This document shows positions 26,940-38,299 of a stretch of DNA of 64,000 nt, piece by piece. A program made the position numbers and the translations under genes. The DNA comes from Felis catus (Eukaryota), in contig NC_058368.1 of NCBI RefSeq assembly GCF_018350175.1, positions 186,932,001 to 186,996,000 of the forward strand. Reading direction: 5' to 3'. Every line of letters begins with the position of its first letter. The stretch's first letter is position 1. Under the pieces are notes generated by a model. The model searched no databases and had not been told where the DNA came from. It worked only from the letters and a program-made list of their open reading frames with translations.

Positions 26940-27749
26940 TTTGGATAGTTCCTGGGGTGGCTTGGAATTGCTGGGCACTTTTCCTGTGCTGTCTGGAGTA
27001 ACTTGCATTGGTGGCTGGGGCTGCAGTCAGACCTGATGTCTGTCCCCAATCCACTGCTGGGGCCACAGTCAGACTGGTGTATACCTTATCTTCCCCTCTC
27101 CCAGGAGCAGGACTCACTGTGGAGTGGTGTGGCCCCTGTCTGGGCTACTTGCACCCTGCCAGGCTTGTGGTGCTGCTTCGATGGGATCTGGCATATTAGC
27201 CGGGGTGGATCCACAAGGTGCATAGGGCCAGGAGGGGGAGGCTTAGCTTGCTTTGCCATGGGTGGTCCCCTAGGGGGGGGCCCTGCAGCACAGGGAGGGA
27301 GGCAGGCAGACCCATTGGAGGAATGGATCCACAGAAGCACAGCACTGGGTGTTTGCACTGTGCAAGCAATTTCAATGAGGGGAACTGGTTCCCTTTGGGA
27401 TTTTGGCTGGGGAATGGGCAAGGGAGATGGCGCTTCCCAGCGCCTTTGCTCCCTGCTGAGCTGAGCTCTGTCTTCCAGGGCTCAACACCTCTCCCACCCA
27501 GTGTCCTCTTGCCCTCCAGCTCACTGAGCAAAGCTGTTGACTAATAACATTCCAGATGTTAAGTCCCTCTGACTGTTAGAACTCATGGAATCCAGCCTCT
27601 CTGCTTTCTGCTAGTCTTCTGATGGTTTTCTGGGTTATTTAGGCAGATATGTGTGGAATCTAAGTGATCAGCAGGATGCGGTGAGCCCAGCACTCTCCTA
27701 TGCTGCCATCTTCCACCTAATCCAGAAGATACTCCTTTTAGGTGTAATT

Positions 27750-29025
27750 CTAAGTCAGATTATTTTTTTAAATTTCTCTTTCCAGTACCACTATTTTCTT
27801 ATTAGTGTATAGAAACAGATTTCTAAATATTAATTTTGTGTCCTGCAACTTTAATAAAATCATTTATTATGAGAGTTTTTTTGGTATAATCTTTAGGGTT
27901 TTCTATATATAGCATCATGCCATCTACAAATAGTGGCAGTCTTACTTTCTTTTTTGCCAATTTGGATGACTTTTATTTCTTTTTATTGTCTGATTGCTGC
28001 AGCTAGGAATTCTACTCCTGAATGAAAGTGTTGAGATTGGGCATCCTTGTCTTGTTCCTTATCTTAGAGAAAAAACTTTTGTTTTTCACCATTGAGTATG
28101 ATGTTAGCTGTGAGTTTTTCATACACTATGTTGAAGTATGTTTCCTCTAAATTCACTTTGTTGAGAGTTTTCATCATAAGCAGATGCTATATTTTGAAAA
28201 ATGCTTTTTCTGTATCTGCTGAGATGATCATATAGTCTTGTATCCTTCCTCTTTCATTGATTTGTGAATATTGAATCACCCTTGTATCTCTGAAATAAAT
28301 CCCACTTAATCATGGTGAATGATCCTTTTAGTGTATTATTGAATTTGGTTTATTCATATTTTGTTGAATATTTCATTTATGTTCATCAGGAATATAGGTC
28401 TGTATTTTGTTTGATCATTTGTATTGCAGTGTTTGGTTTTGGTATCAAGATAATGCTGGATACATAGAATAAATTTGGAAGTTTTTCTTCTTCTGTTTTT
28501 TGGAATAGTTTAAGAAAAATAGGTATTAACTCTTCTTTTTTTAAAGTTTTTATTTTAACTTCAGTTAGTTAACATAAAATGTTATATTGGTTTCAAGTGT
28601 ACAATATAGTAATTCAACACTATCCATGAGGACATCATCCTGTGCTCATGGAAAAGATGTGATACTAACTTTTCTTTATATGTTTGGTAGAGTGAAACCA
28701 TGGACTTCTGTCTGTCGTATGGGTTGTTATTTCTCCTTCATTTCTAATTTTGAGTCTCCCTTATTCTTGAGGAGTCTGGATAAAGGTTTATTAGTTTTGT
28801 TTCTTTTAAAAGAAACAACTCTTGATTTCATTGCTTTTTTTCTGTTGTTTTTCAGTCTCTTTAATTTTTCTCTAATCTTTATTATTTTCTTCCTTCTAAT
28901 TTTAGACTTGGTTTATTATTCTTTTTCTAGTTCCTTTAAGTATAAGGTTAGGTTGAGATTTTTCTTGTTTCTTGATGTAGGCCTGTATCACTATCAACTT
29001 CCCTCTTAGAACTGCTTTTGCTGCC
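27750..29025 (-). mobile_element. Upstream continuation of the carnivore L1 (ORF2 middle), 5'-truncated
   Basis: Colinear ORF2 sequence resumes exactly after the copy-A TSD. Confidence 0.88.
28538..28665 (-). mobile_element. Short L1 3'-end insertion
   Basis: T-tail then cagttagttaacata...gtacaatatagtaattcaacac; degenerate TSD taact(c)ttcttt. Confidence 0.7.
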
Positions 29026-30759
29026 TTTTGTGATTTTAATTGAGTATTTACATGACTCCACTTTCTAGTTTATTATTGTATTAATTATACCTTTAAAAAA
29101 ATTACGTGGTTAACATAGAGTTAGTAATATGCATGGACAACTAATTCAATTCCACTTTCAAATAAAATTATAAGTCTTCACAGGCAGTATGGGTATGCTA
29201 TAATAAAAAAATCTAATTCCTCCCTTTCATCCCTTGTATCATTGTTGTCGTTCATTTCACTTATATATAAGCATATATATGCATATGTATAAATTAGTGT
29301 ATATCAGTCTATATATATATAATATATAATTTTTAAAAAGAAAAATAAGTGTTTTATCTTCACTTATTCTTTTATGCTCTCCTTTCTTATGTAGATCCAA
29401 GTTTCTGACCCACATTATCTTCCTTCTCCCTATAGAACTTCTTTTAACATTTCTGCAAGGCAGGTTCACTAGCAAGAAATTCTTTCCATTTTTGTATGTT
29501 TGACAAAGTCTTTTTTCTCCTTCACTTTTGAAGGATAATTTTACATGGTACAGGATTTTAGGTCGATGGGTCTTTTTCTCTTAACATTTTAAATATTTCA
29601 TTCCACTTACTGTTTGCACAGTTTCTGAGAAGTTGAGTACAATTCTTTGTTTTTCTGTAGTTAAGGTGTTTTCCCCCTTTGGCTTCTTTGTTTATCTTTT
29701 ATTTCCTGTAGTCTGAAAATGATATAGCTAGGTATAACCTTTTTGTTGTCTTGTGTTTTTGTTTGGTATTTATGTTGCTTAGTATTCTCTGAGCTTCCTC
29801 TGGTTTCATGTCTGACATTAATTTGGGTAAAATTCTGTCATTATTGTTTCAAATAGTTCTTTTCTCTCTTCTCCTTCTGGTATTCCTATTATGCAAATGT
29901 TACACCTTTTGTAGTTGTCACGTTGTCCTTGGATATTCTGTTTTTGTTTTTGTTTTCCAGTGTTTATTCTCTTTGCTTTTCAGTTTGGACATAACAATAA
30001 AAAAAAAAAAAATTCCGTAAACTCAGAGATTCTTTCCTCAGGTATGTCCAGTCTTCTAGTAAGCCAATCAAAAGCAGTCCTCATTTTGTCAGTGTTTTTG
30101 TTCTCTAACAGTTTTTTCTTTCTTAGGATTTTCATGTCTCTGCTTAGCATTTACCATTTGTTCTTGCATTTCTATTTTATCAAAGCTCTACTACATTAAT
30201 TGTAATCACTAAACTTCCTAGTCTGATAATTCCAATATCCCTGCCATAGCTAGTTCTGATAGTTTCTCTGTTGTTTCAAACTATGTTTTGTTTTGTTTCA
30301 TTGCCTTTTAGTATGCCTTGTAACATCATTTTCTTGATAATCAGATATGAGGTACCAGGTAAAAGAAAGTACTATGACTAGGCCTTTAATAATGTAGTGG
30401 TGCGGTATATGTATGGAAGAGAAGTGTTCCATAGTCCTATGAATAGGTCTTAGTCTTCTAGTAAGCCTGTGCCTCTGGACTGTGAACTTCACATGTATTT
30501 TTACATTCTCTCCCCCCCTTAGTTGGCACAGGATGACTACAGTGAGCTGGAGTTGGGTATTTCCCTCCTCACACATGGATTGCTAGCCTAGACAGGAATT
30601 GAATGTTTCCTTTAACATACATGGAAATTAGAGCTGACTGGAGTTGGTTATTTTCCTTTCCCTAGGTCAGGTACGTTCTGATAATACTTCAGCAGGTTAG
30701 GCCCTGGATTGACTCATTTCCCCTAAGGGTAGGAACCTTGTTAAGAAGGGAGTGCTCTG

Positions 30760-30931
30760 GAGTACATGGTTGGCTCAGTTGGTTAAGCATCTGACTTCGG
30801 CTTAGGTCATGATGTCTCACCTTGTGGGTTCAAGCCCCCTCCCCATTGGACTCTGCTGACAGCTTAGAGCCTGGAGCCTGCTTCAGATTCTATGTCTCCC
30901 TTTCTTTTTCTGTCCCTCTCCTGCTGACGCA

Positions 30932-30962
<31 letters not shown>

Positions 30963-31010
30963 AAATAAATAAACATTTTAAAAATTAAAAAAAAAAAGGA
31001 GGAGGAGGAG
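30760..31010 (+). mobile_element. Can-SINE (SINEC_Fc-type)
   Basis: SINEC core with (CT)n, and an A-tail turning into (GGA)n; TSD ggagtgctctg. Confidence 0.93.
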
Positions 31011-31024
31011 GAGGGAGTGCTCTG

Positions 31025-31225
31025 ACGGTGCATGGGTGGCTCAGTCAGTTAAGTGTCCAACTCTTGATTTTGGCTCAGGTCATGATCTTGTGGTTGTGAG
31101 GTCAAGCCCCATATGGGGCTCCACACTGAGCAAGGAGCTGCTTAAGATTCTTTCTCCATTTCCATCTGCCCCTCCCCTGCTCGTGCTCTTTCTCATTCTC
31201 TCTCAAAAAAAATAATTACTTAAAA
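31025..31225 (+). mobile_element. Can-SINE, older-type subfamily
   Basis: ctcttgattttggctcaggtcatgatc and gcttaagattct variants; TSD ggagtgctctg. Confidence 0.9.
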
Positions 31226-31711
31226 AAGAATGGAGTGCTCTGGGTATTTGATTCCCTTTCCCTTCCCCCTGTAGGAATCTTGAGATTTTTCTTTGATATT
31301 TGCTGTGAGAATATGGTAGGACTCCAAGAGGTAAAATTCGCAAAAAGGTGACTCCTACCATGACTTAGTCATCTGGTGTTTTTAATTCTCAGAGTTGGCC
31401 ACATTGAGCTTTCAGCAGGTTGTCAATTGCAAGTCAGGTTTTCTTAGCAGTTTGTCATTTGCAGGACTCTAGTTTCCAAGGCAGTTTCTACTCATGAGTC
31501 TCTGCTCTAGTAATCTGTGATTCCCTTTATTCATCTGTTTCTCAAGTCTCGGGGGCAGCAGTTTACCCTGAGTCCTCATCTCTGATATGGATCCAAGAAG
31601 GTGTGAGGACTTTTCACTCTGCTCAGTTTTTTACTTGTTAGTACAGAGTAGTGACTTCCAAGCTGCTTACAGGCTGACCCATAAGCCAGAAGTCCTAATG
31701 ATGACCTTTTA

Positions 31712-31822
31712 TATTTTTTCTCCAAGTTTTTATTTAAATTCCAGTTAGTTAACATACAATGTAATGTTAGTTCCAGGTATAGAATTGTGATTCATCACTT
31801 ATATACAATGCCCAGTGCCCAT
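31712..31822 (-). mobile_element. Short L1 3'-end insertion
   Basis: tttatttaaattccagttagttaacatac...; degenerate TSD taat(gatg/agtt)acctttta. Confidence 0.7.
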
Positions 31823-32719
31823 TAATAGTTACCTTTTAAATAATTGCATGTATGTGTGGTGTGTGTGTGTGTGTATGAATAATTTATTTAAAAGAAAATA
31901 TGAAGTAAATATTAGTATCATTAGTAGATGTGAATGGCCCTGAATCCAACATGTGGAAATGAATGACTAATGTGTGTAAAATATTGCGTTAGGGAATGTG
32001 TATAAATACGTTAAACCCCTTCCTAACCACTCTGCTACTCTTCCTCTGGACCAGCATCCCAACCACTGCTTCTAGGCAAATGTTTAATTGAGAAAAGGAA
32101 AGAAGAGGAGAGGGAGGAAGCTGACTATGTCTACATGCCAAGTCCTATGCTTCCTAAAGAACTATTGGAGGACAGTGAGTAATGGAGGCCACTGAAGAGA
32201 TCAATACTGTGCTAATGAGCATGTGAAGCATTTTAGAAGGTTGATACACCTCTCAGGCTACAACCAGAGAGCAGCGTCATTTAAGGATCCAGAACTAAGG
32301 AAGGTAGACTTTTAAGTGAAGCATAACTGAGCATTTTTGATAATTGCTTCACCCCCCCCACCACCACACACACACTGTTGTGGATGCTGGGAGCCATATT
32401 TGCATTATATGATCACTTCTCCTTAGCTACAGCTTATTGTAGCAAGAGTTGGAAACCAACTCAAGCTGAGCTCAATTTAAAAATCTCTCCTATGGAAATT
32501 TAGAATTAAAGTAAGAGATACTATTGAGTTTCCATTATCTATTGAACCAGAAGGATACATAAACTAGGGAACTGTGCTATGACCAGTTCCTGCTATATGC
32601 ACAGGAAAACAGGAAATCATTCCATAGAAAGGGAAAAGAATGACGTGGACACTTAACAAGGAAAAGGGATGGAAGGCCCTGTAGCCCAAAGAGCAGTTTA
32701 TGGTTACCAGTCCCTGGTT

Positions 32720-35401
32720 CTAGTTATCTCAGTTACCACTTGCCATACAGATTAACTCAAAAGTTAGGGTCTTAAACAACAATTTCAGTATATCTCATGA
32801 TTTTGTGGGTTAGAAATTAGGGCAGAGCTTAAGTCGGTGGGTCTCCCTTCATATGTCATTGACTGAAGTTACTTACTTCAGCTGGCAGGCGGACTGGTCT
32901 AGAGGGTTCATGATAGCTCTGCTCATATATGTAGTGCCTTGGTAAGACTGGAGGAAGTCCGGGGTCAGCTGAAACTGTCAACCTGACTATCTACATATGA
33001 CCTCTGCAGTATGGCAGTCTTCAATTAGTTGGGTTTGTTTCAGAGTGGCTCAGAAATCCCCCAGAGGAAAAACTGAGAGCTTTCCCCCTGAGATCAGGAA
33101 TACGACGGGGATGTCCATTCTCACTGCTGTTGTTTAACATAGTGTTGGAAGTGCTAGCATCAGCAATCAGACAACAAAAGGAAATCAAAGCATCAAAATT
33201 GGCAAAGATGAAGTCAAACTTTCACTTTTTGCAGATGATATGATGCTATACATGGAAAACCCGATAGACTCCACCAAAAGTCTGCTAGAACTGATACATG
33301 AATTCAGCAAAGTCGCAGGATACAAAATCAATGTACAGAAATCAGTTGCATTCTTATACACTAACAATGAAGCAGCATAAAGACAAATAAAGAAACTGAT
33401 CCCATTCACAATTGCACCAAGAATCATGAAATACCTAGGAATAAACCTAACCAAAGATGTAAAAGATCTGTATGCTGAAAACTATAGAAAGCTTATGAAG
33501 GAAATTGAAGAAGATATAAAGAAATGGAAAAACATTCTGTGCTCATGGGTTGGAAGAATAAATATTGTTAAAATATCATTACTACCCAAAGTAATCTGCA
33601 CATTCAATGCAATCCTAATCAAAATTGCACCAGCATTCTTCTCGAAGCTAGAACAAGCAATCCTAAAATTTTTATGGAACCACAAAAGACCCCAAATAGT
33701 GAAAGTAATATTGAAGAAGACCAAAGCAGGAGGCATCACGATCCCACACTTTAGCCTCTACTACAAAGCTGTCATCATCAAGACAGCATGGTATTGGCAC
33801 AAAAACAGACACATAGACCAATGGAACAAAATAGAGAGTCCAGAATTAGACCCACAAAAGTATGGCTAACTAACCTTTGACAAAGCAGGAAAGGATATCC
33901 AATGGAAAAAGACAGTCTCTTTAACAAATGGTGCTGGGAGAACTGGACAGCAACATGCAGAAGAATGAAGCTAAACCACTTTCTTACACCATTCACAAAA
34001 ATAAACTCAAAATGGGTGAAGGACCTGAATGTGAGACAAGAAACCAACAAAACCCTAGAGGAGAAAGCAGGAAAAAACCTCTCTGACATCAGCCGCAGCA
34101 ATTTCTTACTTGACACATCTCTAAAGGCAAAGGAATTAAAAGCAAAAATGAACTATTGGGACCTCATGAAGATAAAAATCTTCTGCACTGCAAAGGAAAC
34201 AATCAACAAAACTAAAAGGCAACTGATGGAAAGGGAAAATATATTTGCAAATGACATATTGGAAAAAGAGCTAGTATCCCAAATCTATAAAGAACTCATC
34301 AAACTCCACACTCAAAAAACAAATAATCCAGTGAAGAAATGGGCAGAAGACATGAATAGACACTTCTCTAAAGAAGATATCCAGATGGCCCACAGGCACA
34401 TGGAAAAATGCTCAACGTCACTCCTCATCAGGGAAATACAAATCAAAACCACACTGAGATATCACCTCACACCAGTCAGAGTGGCTAAAATGAACAAATC
34501 AGGAGACTATAGATGCTAGTGAGGATGTGGAGAATCGGGAACCCTCTTGCACTGTTGGTGGGAATGCAAACTGATGCAGCTGATCTGGAAAACAGTGTGG
34601 AGGTTCCTCAAAAAATTAAAAACAGGTCTACCCTATGACCCAGCAATAGCACTGCTAGGAATTTACCCAATGGATACAAGAGTGCTGATGCATAGGGGCA
34701 CTTGTACCCCAATGTTACAGCAGTGCTTTCAACAATAGCCAAATTATGGAAAGAGCCTAAATGTCCATCAACTGATGAATGGATAAAGAAACTGTGGTTT
34801 ATATACACAATGGAATACTACATGGCAATGAGGAAGAATGAAATATGACCTTTTGTAGCAATGTGAATGGAACTGGAGAGTGTCATGCTAAGTGAAATAA
34901 GTCATACAGAGAAAGACAGATACCATATGTTTTCACTCCTATGTGGATCCTGTGAAACTTAACAGAAGACCATGGGGGAGGGGAAGGGAAAAAAAAGTTA
35001 GAGAGGGAGGGAGCCAAAACATAAGAGACTCTTAAAAACTGAGAATAAACTGAGGGTTGATGGTGGGTGGGAGGGAGGGGAAAGTGGGTAATGGACATTG
35101 GGGAGGGCACCTGTTGGGATGAGCACTGGGTGTTGTATGGAAACCAATGTGAGAATAAATTTCATATTAAAAAAGAAAGAAAGAAGAAAGAAAGAAAGAT
35201 CCCTCAGAAAGTATTCTAAGAGAGGAAGTGAAAGCTGCAAATGTGTTAAAGTCCCAGGCTGGAAACTGCAACTACATTCTCCTCTTCCCCAAATCTACTA
35301 GTGAAGTAATTCATTAAATCCAGTTTAATTTTAAGAGGTGGAGAATTAGACTTCTCGATGAAAAGAGTAGAAAGGAATTGGAAGCTATCCTTAATCCTGC
35401 A
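32720..35401 (-). mobile_element. MaLR LTR (MLT1H-like), split by L1 copy B
   Basis: MLT1-like ctcatgattttgtgggttagaaattagggcagagc...gggtcagctgaaactgtc before the L1, and gaggaagtgaaagctgc...ccttaatcctgca after it. Confidence 0.65.
33067..35195 (+). mobile_element. 5'-truncated felid LINE-1, copy B
   Basis: ORF2 3' half (ORFs 33426-33869 and 33902-34519), 3' UTR, aataaa, (GAAA)n tail; degenerate TSD atccc(c/t)caga near 33056 and 35199. Confidence 0.97.
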
Positions 35402-35609
35402 TGGTAGCTGGAAGTACTTGGGATTCTGAATGTTGTGTGCCTTCATAGAAAGCAGCCCATTTCGGCAGGCTACATTTAGCTATTTGTAGTTATCATATCA
35501 ACGAATAACTTATAAAACCAATACTTGGTATTTGGTTGGTCCTTGAAAATTCCTAGAATGTAGCACACTGAATTTAAGAGTAGAGGTTCAGTATAGAAAA
35601 CAAGTTTAT

Positions 35610-35830
35610 AAGTTTAGGCTCTGCTGCAAGAAAGATCAAGGTTCAAATACTAACTTTATAACTTACTAGTTTTGTGACCTCAAATAAATGACTTTCCTTC
35701 TCTAAGCTTCAGCTTCCTTGTGCATGAAGGGAAAGATTAGCAGTGCCTACCTCGTTTAGTGATGTAAGGGGTCAAGTGATATTATAAGCATAAAACTCTT
35801 AGCCCAGTATCAGGCATATAGCAAGCACCT
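35610..35830 (+). mobile_element. MIR
   Basis: ggttcaaat...acttactagttttgtgacctc...gtgcctacctc...caggcatatagcaagcac. Confidence 0.8.
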
Positions 35831-37206
35831 AATGATAGTTACTCTTATTCTTTTTATCAATTGTTGTTAGAGTTTCAAGTCAAAACAATATAAAAAAAGG
35901 TTATACACTCAAGGAATATACAACATAGCTGGAAGACTGGGTATTTCTATTAATAGAGAAATAACATTACAACTAGTTAGCATTAAATTAAAATGATAGA
36001 GTGCTAAAGAGAGCAAGTTCATATAGGTATTTAGAGGAGAAGAAAATATTCTAAGGGAACCAGAAAATGTTCCAAAGCAAAGGTCAGGTTTGAGATTGTC
36101 TTTAAATGGTGCAGTAACATTAGGGAGAGAATTTCAGGCAGGTAGAAGAGCAGAAGCAAAGATAATCAGGTAAAAAATGTGCCTGAGGTTTTCAGGATGA
36201 GGATTTATGAAGACCATATGATGATAGCAGGGAATGGATAAATGGCAGTATGTCAGAGATGTCATACAGGCAACATTGACAGGACTGGCAGAAATTGTGA
36301 TGGATTAGATGTGAAGAAAATGGAGGCATTGATTATGTCAACCAGGCATTGATTCTGAATAAGACAATAATTGCCCTATTGACAGAAATGGCAAAGTCTG
36401 AGAAGGTGGCTAATTTGGAGCAAGAGGGAAACTGAAAGTAAAAAGAAAGAAGCCTCGGGTGGAAGGACAAAGAAAGAATGAGAAAATAGAAGTCAATAAG
36501 GTATGAAACATCATCGTTGCTTCAACCTTTAGAGTCCATGGTTCATTCAGCCCAGAAGCACAGGCATTTACACACCAGAGTTACAGTTTTTGAAATAATT
36601 GATCCTGAAGGAGAAAATTTGTAATTCCTAATCTCAGAGATCTTCTCTCTCAATTTTCAGAAGGTCTGAACCAGAAGTTAGGCCTTATACTCACAAGTTG
36701 AGGTATGAAATAAAGGGTTCTTCCCCCATGCATTTCCCTACATTTAGTCACATACAAATGTTGAGGTCAGTTGAAAGGAGTTTGACACATAAATTCTCTT
36801 ATTGCAGCTATGTGTTACCAGGTCCCCTCAGAATATATTCTCTCTCTCTCTCTCTTTCTTTCTCTTTCTCTCTCTCTGTGCATGTGTGTGTATGTGTGTG
36901 TTAGACAGACCTACTCTCAAAGGGGCCCACTGAGTCCTTGATAGGCAAGCGCTCCAGCGCTCCCAGACACAGTGGGGATTTATGTTATTTCTCCTATTCA
37001 TGGGTAGTTCTTCCATACACAAAACTGCCTGTCTGTCTCTGTGTTCTAAATGTATTTCTGAGCTGGGAGAAAGCAGAAAGCTAATTCACCCACCATCATT
37101 TACAGTCCAACCAGATGGGCAAGACAGTCAGTCCATAATTCCAGAGGATTAGAAGTAACTACCTAGAGTCCATGTCCCCAAATGCAATGTGAGGGTCATA
37201 GTTTTA

Positions 37207-37411
37207 TTTGTTTAATTTTATTTTTATTTATTTTGAGAGAGAGAAAGAGTGCGAACAGAGGAGGGGCAAAGAGAGAGGGAGAGAGAGAGAATCCCAAGCA
37301 TGCTCTATACTGTCAGCACAGAGGCTGGGGCAGGGCTTGAACTAATGAATCACGAGATCATGACCTGAGCTGAAATCAAGAGTCAGATCTTTAGCCACTC
37401 ACATGTCCCAG
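37207..37411 (-). mobile_element. Can-SINE
   Basis: Perfect 16-bp TSD gagggtcatagtttta (37191-37206, 37412-37427). Confidence 0.95.
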
Positions 37412-37501
37412 GAGGGTCATAGTTTTAAATAACCATGAACACTTACTCCAAGGCAGAGAGCATTCCTAACTTATCTTCCTATCTCCATTTATCTTCTGCA
37501 C

Positions 37502-37842
37502 TGCCTTAGTCCATTCAAGCTGCTATATCAAAATCCCATAGAATGGGTAGCTTAGAATTGCATTGCTCATAGTTTGGGAGGCTGAAAAGTCCAAGATCTA
37601 GGCACCAACATAGTCACTTTCTGGTGTGGATCCTCTTCCTGGTTCTTATCCAGCACTCTCTCTGTGTCCTCTCATGGTGAAAGGAGCAAGAGATCTCTCT
37701 GGATCTCTTCTATAAGGCACTAATCTCAATCATGAGAATTCCATTTGCATAACTTAAATTCCCAAAGGCCCTACTACTATCATTTTGAGGGTTAAGATGT
37801 CAACAAATGAATTTGGGAGGACACAAACTTTTAGACCATAGT
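37502..37842 (-). mobile_element. MaLR solo LTR (MLT1A-like)
   Basis: tgccttagtccattcaagctgctata...gggaggacacaaacttttagaccatag; 5-bp TSD tg(c/t)ac. Confidence 0.85.
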
Positions 37843-38076
37843 GTGTACTATAACCGAATTAATCTTCTCAGAAAAAAAGCTCCAGCTGTGCCCTTCTCTT
37901 ATGTTAGTAATTTTATAGATAAATGATCTGTTTTCTTTGTGATGACCCCAGAATCCAGTCCCCTTTTGAGTGGCCTCCTTATATCTATTTGGAAGATTCC
38001 TCTTCCATTGTATATTGTCTTGGCAGAAGGACATTTTCCAGTACCTTCCCCCTCCAACTATGGTAGCATATTTCTT

Positions 38077-38299
38077 TTTATTTTTTAATTATTTTTAATG
38101 TTTACTTTTGAGAGAGACAGACAGAGACAGAGTATGAGTGGGGGAGGGGCAGAGAGAGAGGGAGACACAGAATCTGAAGCAGGCTCCAGGCTCTGCACTG
38201 TCAGCCCAGAGCCCGACGCAGGGCTTGAACTTACAGACTGAGAGTTCATGAACTCAGACGAGGTCAGATGCTTAACCAACTGAGCTACCCAGGTGCCCA
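38077..38299 (-). mobile_element. Can-SINE (SINEC_Fc)
   Basis: 14-bp TSD gtagcatatttctt (38063-38076, 38300-38313). Confidence 0.96.

Larger units (their letters stand above)
21930..27734 (-). mobile_element. Near-full-length felid LINE-1 (L1_Fc-type), copy A, inactive
   Basis: GC-rich 5' UTR with YY1-type AAGATGGC (27705-27712), ORF1, ORF2, 3' UTR and A-tail; 15-bp TSD cttttaggtgtaatt at 21915-21929 and 27735-27749. Confidence 0.97.
29026..31695 (-). mobile_element. Ancient L1MC-type 5' end (5' UTR + ORF1 region)
   Basis: Minus strand begins ggacttctggc...tgtaagcagcttggaagtcactactc, resembling L1MC 5'-end consensus; decayed ORF1 region at 29.4-30.3 kb. Confidence 0.75.

Noticed and set aside
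27003..27544. Cluster of overlapping ORFs of about 60-150 aa
   Set aside because: They lie in the GC-rich L1 5' UTR where stops are scarce; there is no evidence of coding.
21930..27734. Retrotransposition-competent L1
   Set aside because: Both ORF1 and ORF2 carry multiple stops, frameshifts and small deletions.
33902..34519. 205-aa ORF as a host gene
   Set aside because: It is an L1 ORF2 C-terminal fragment bounded by a frameshift and a stop.
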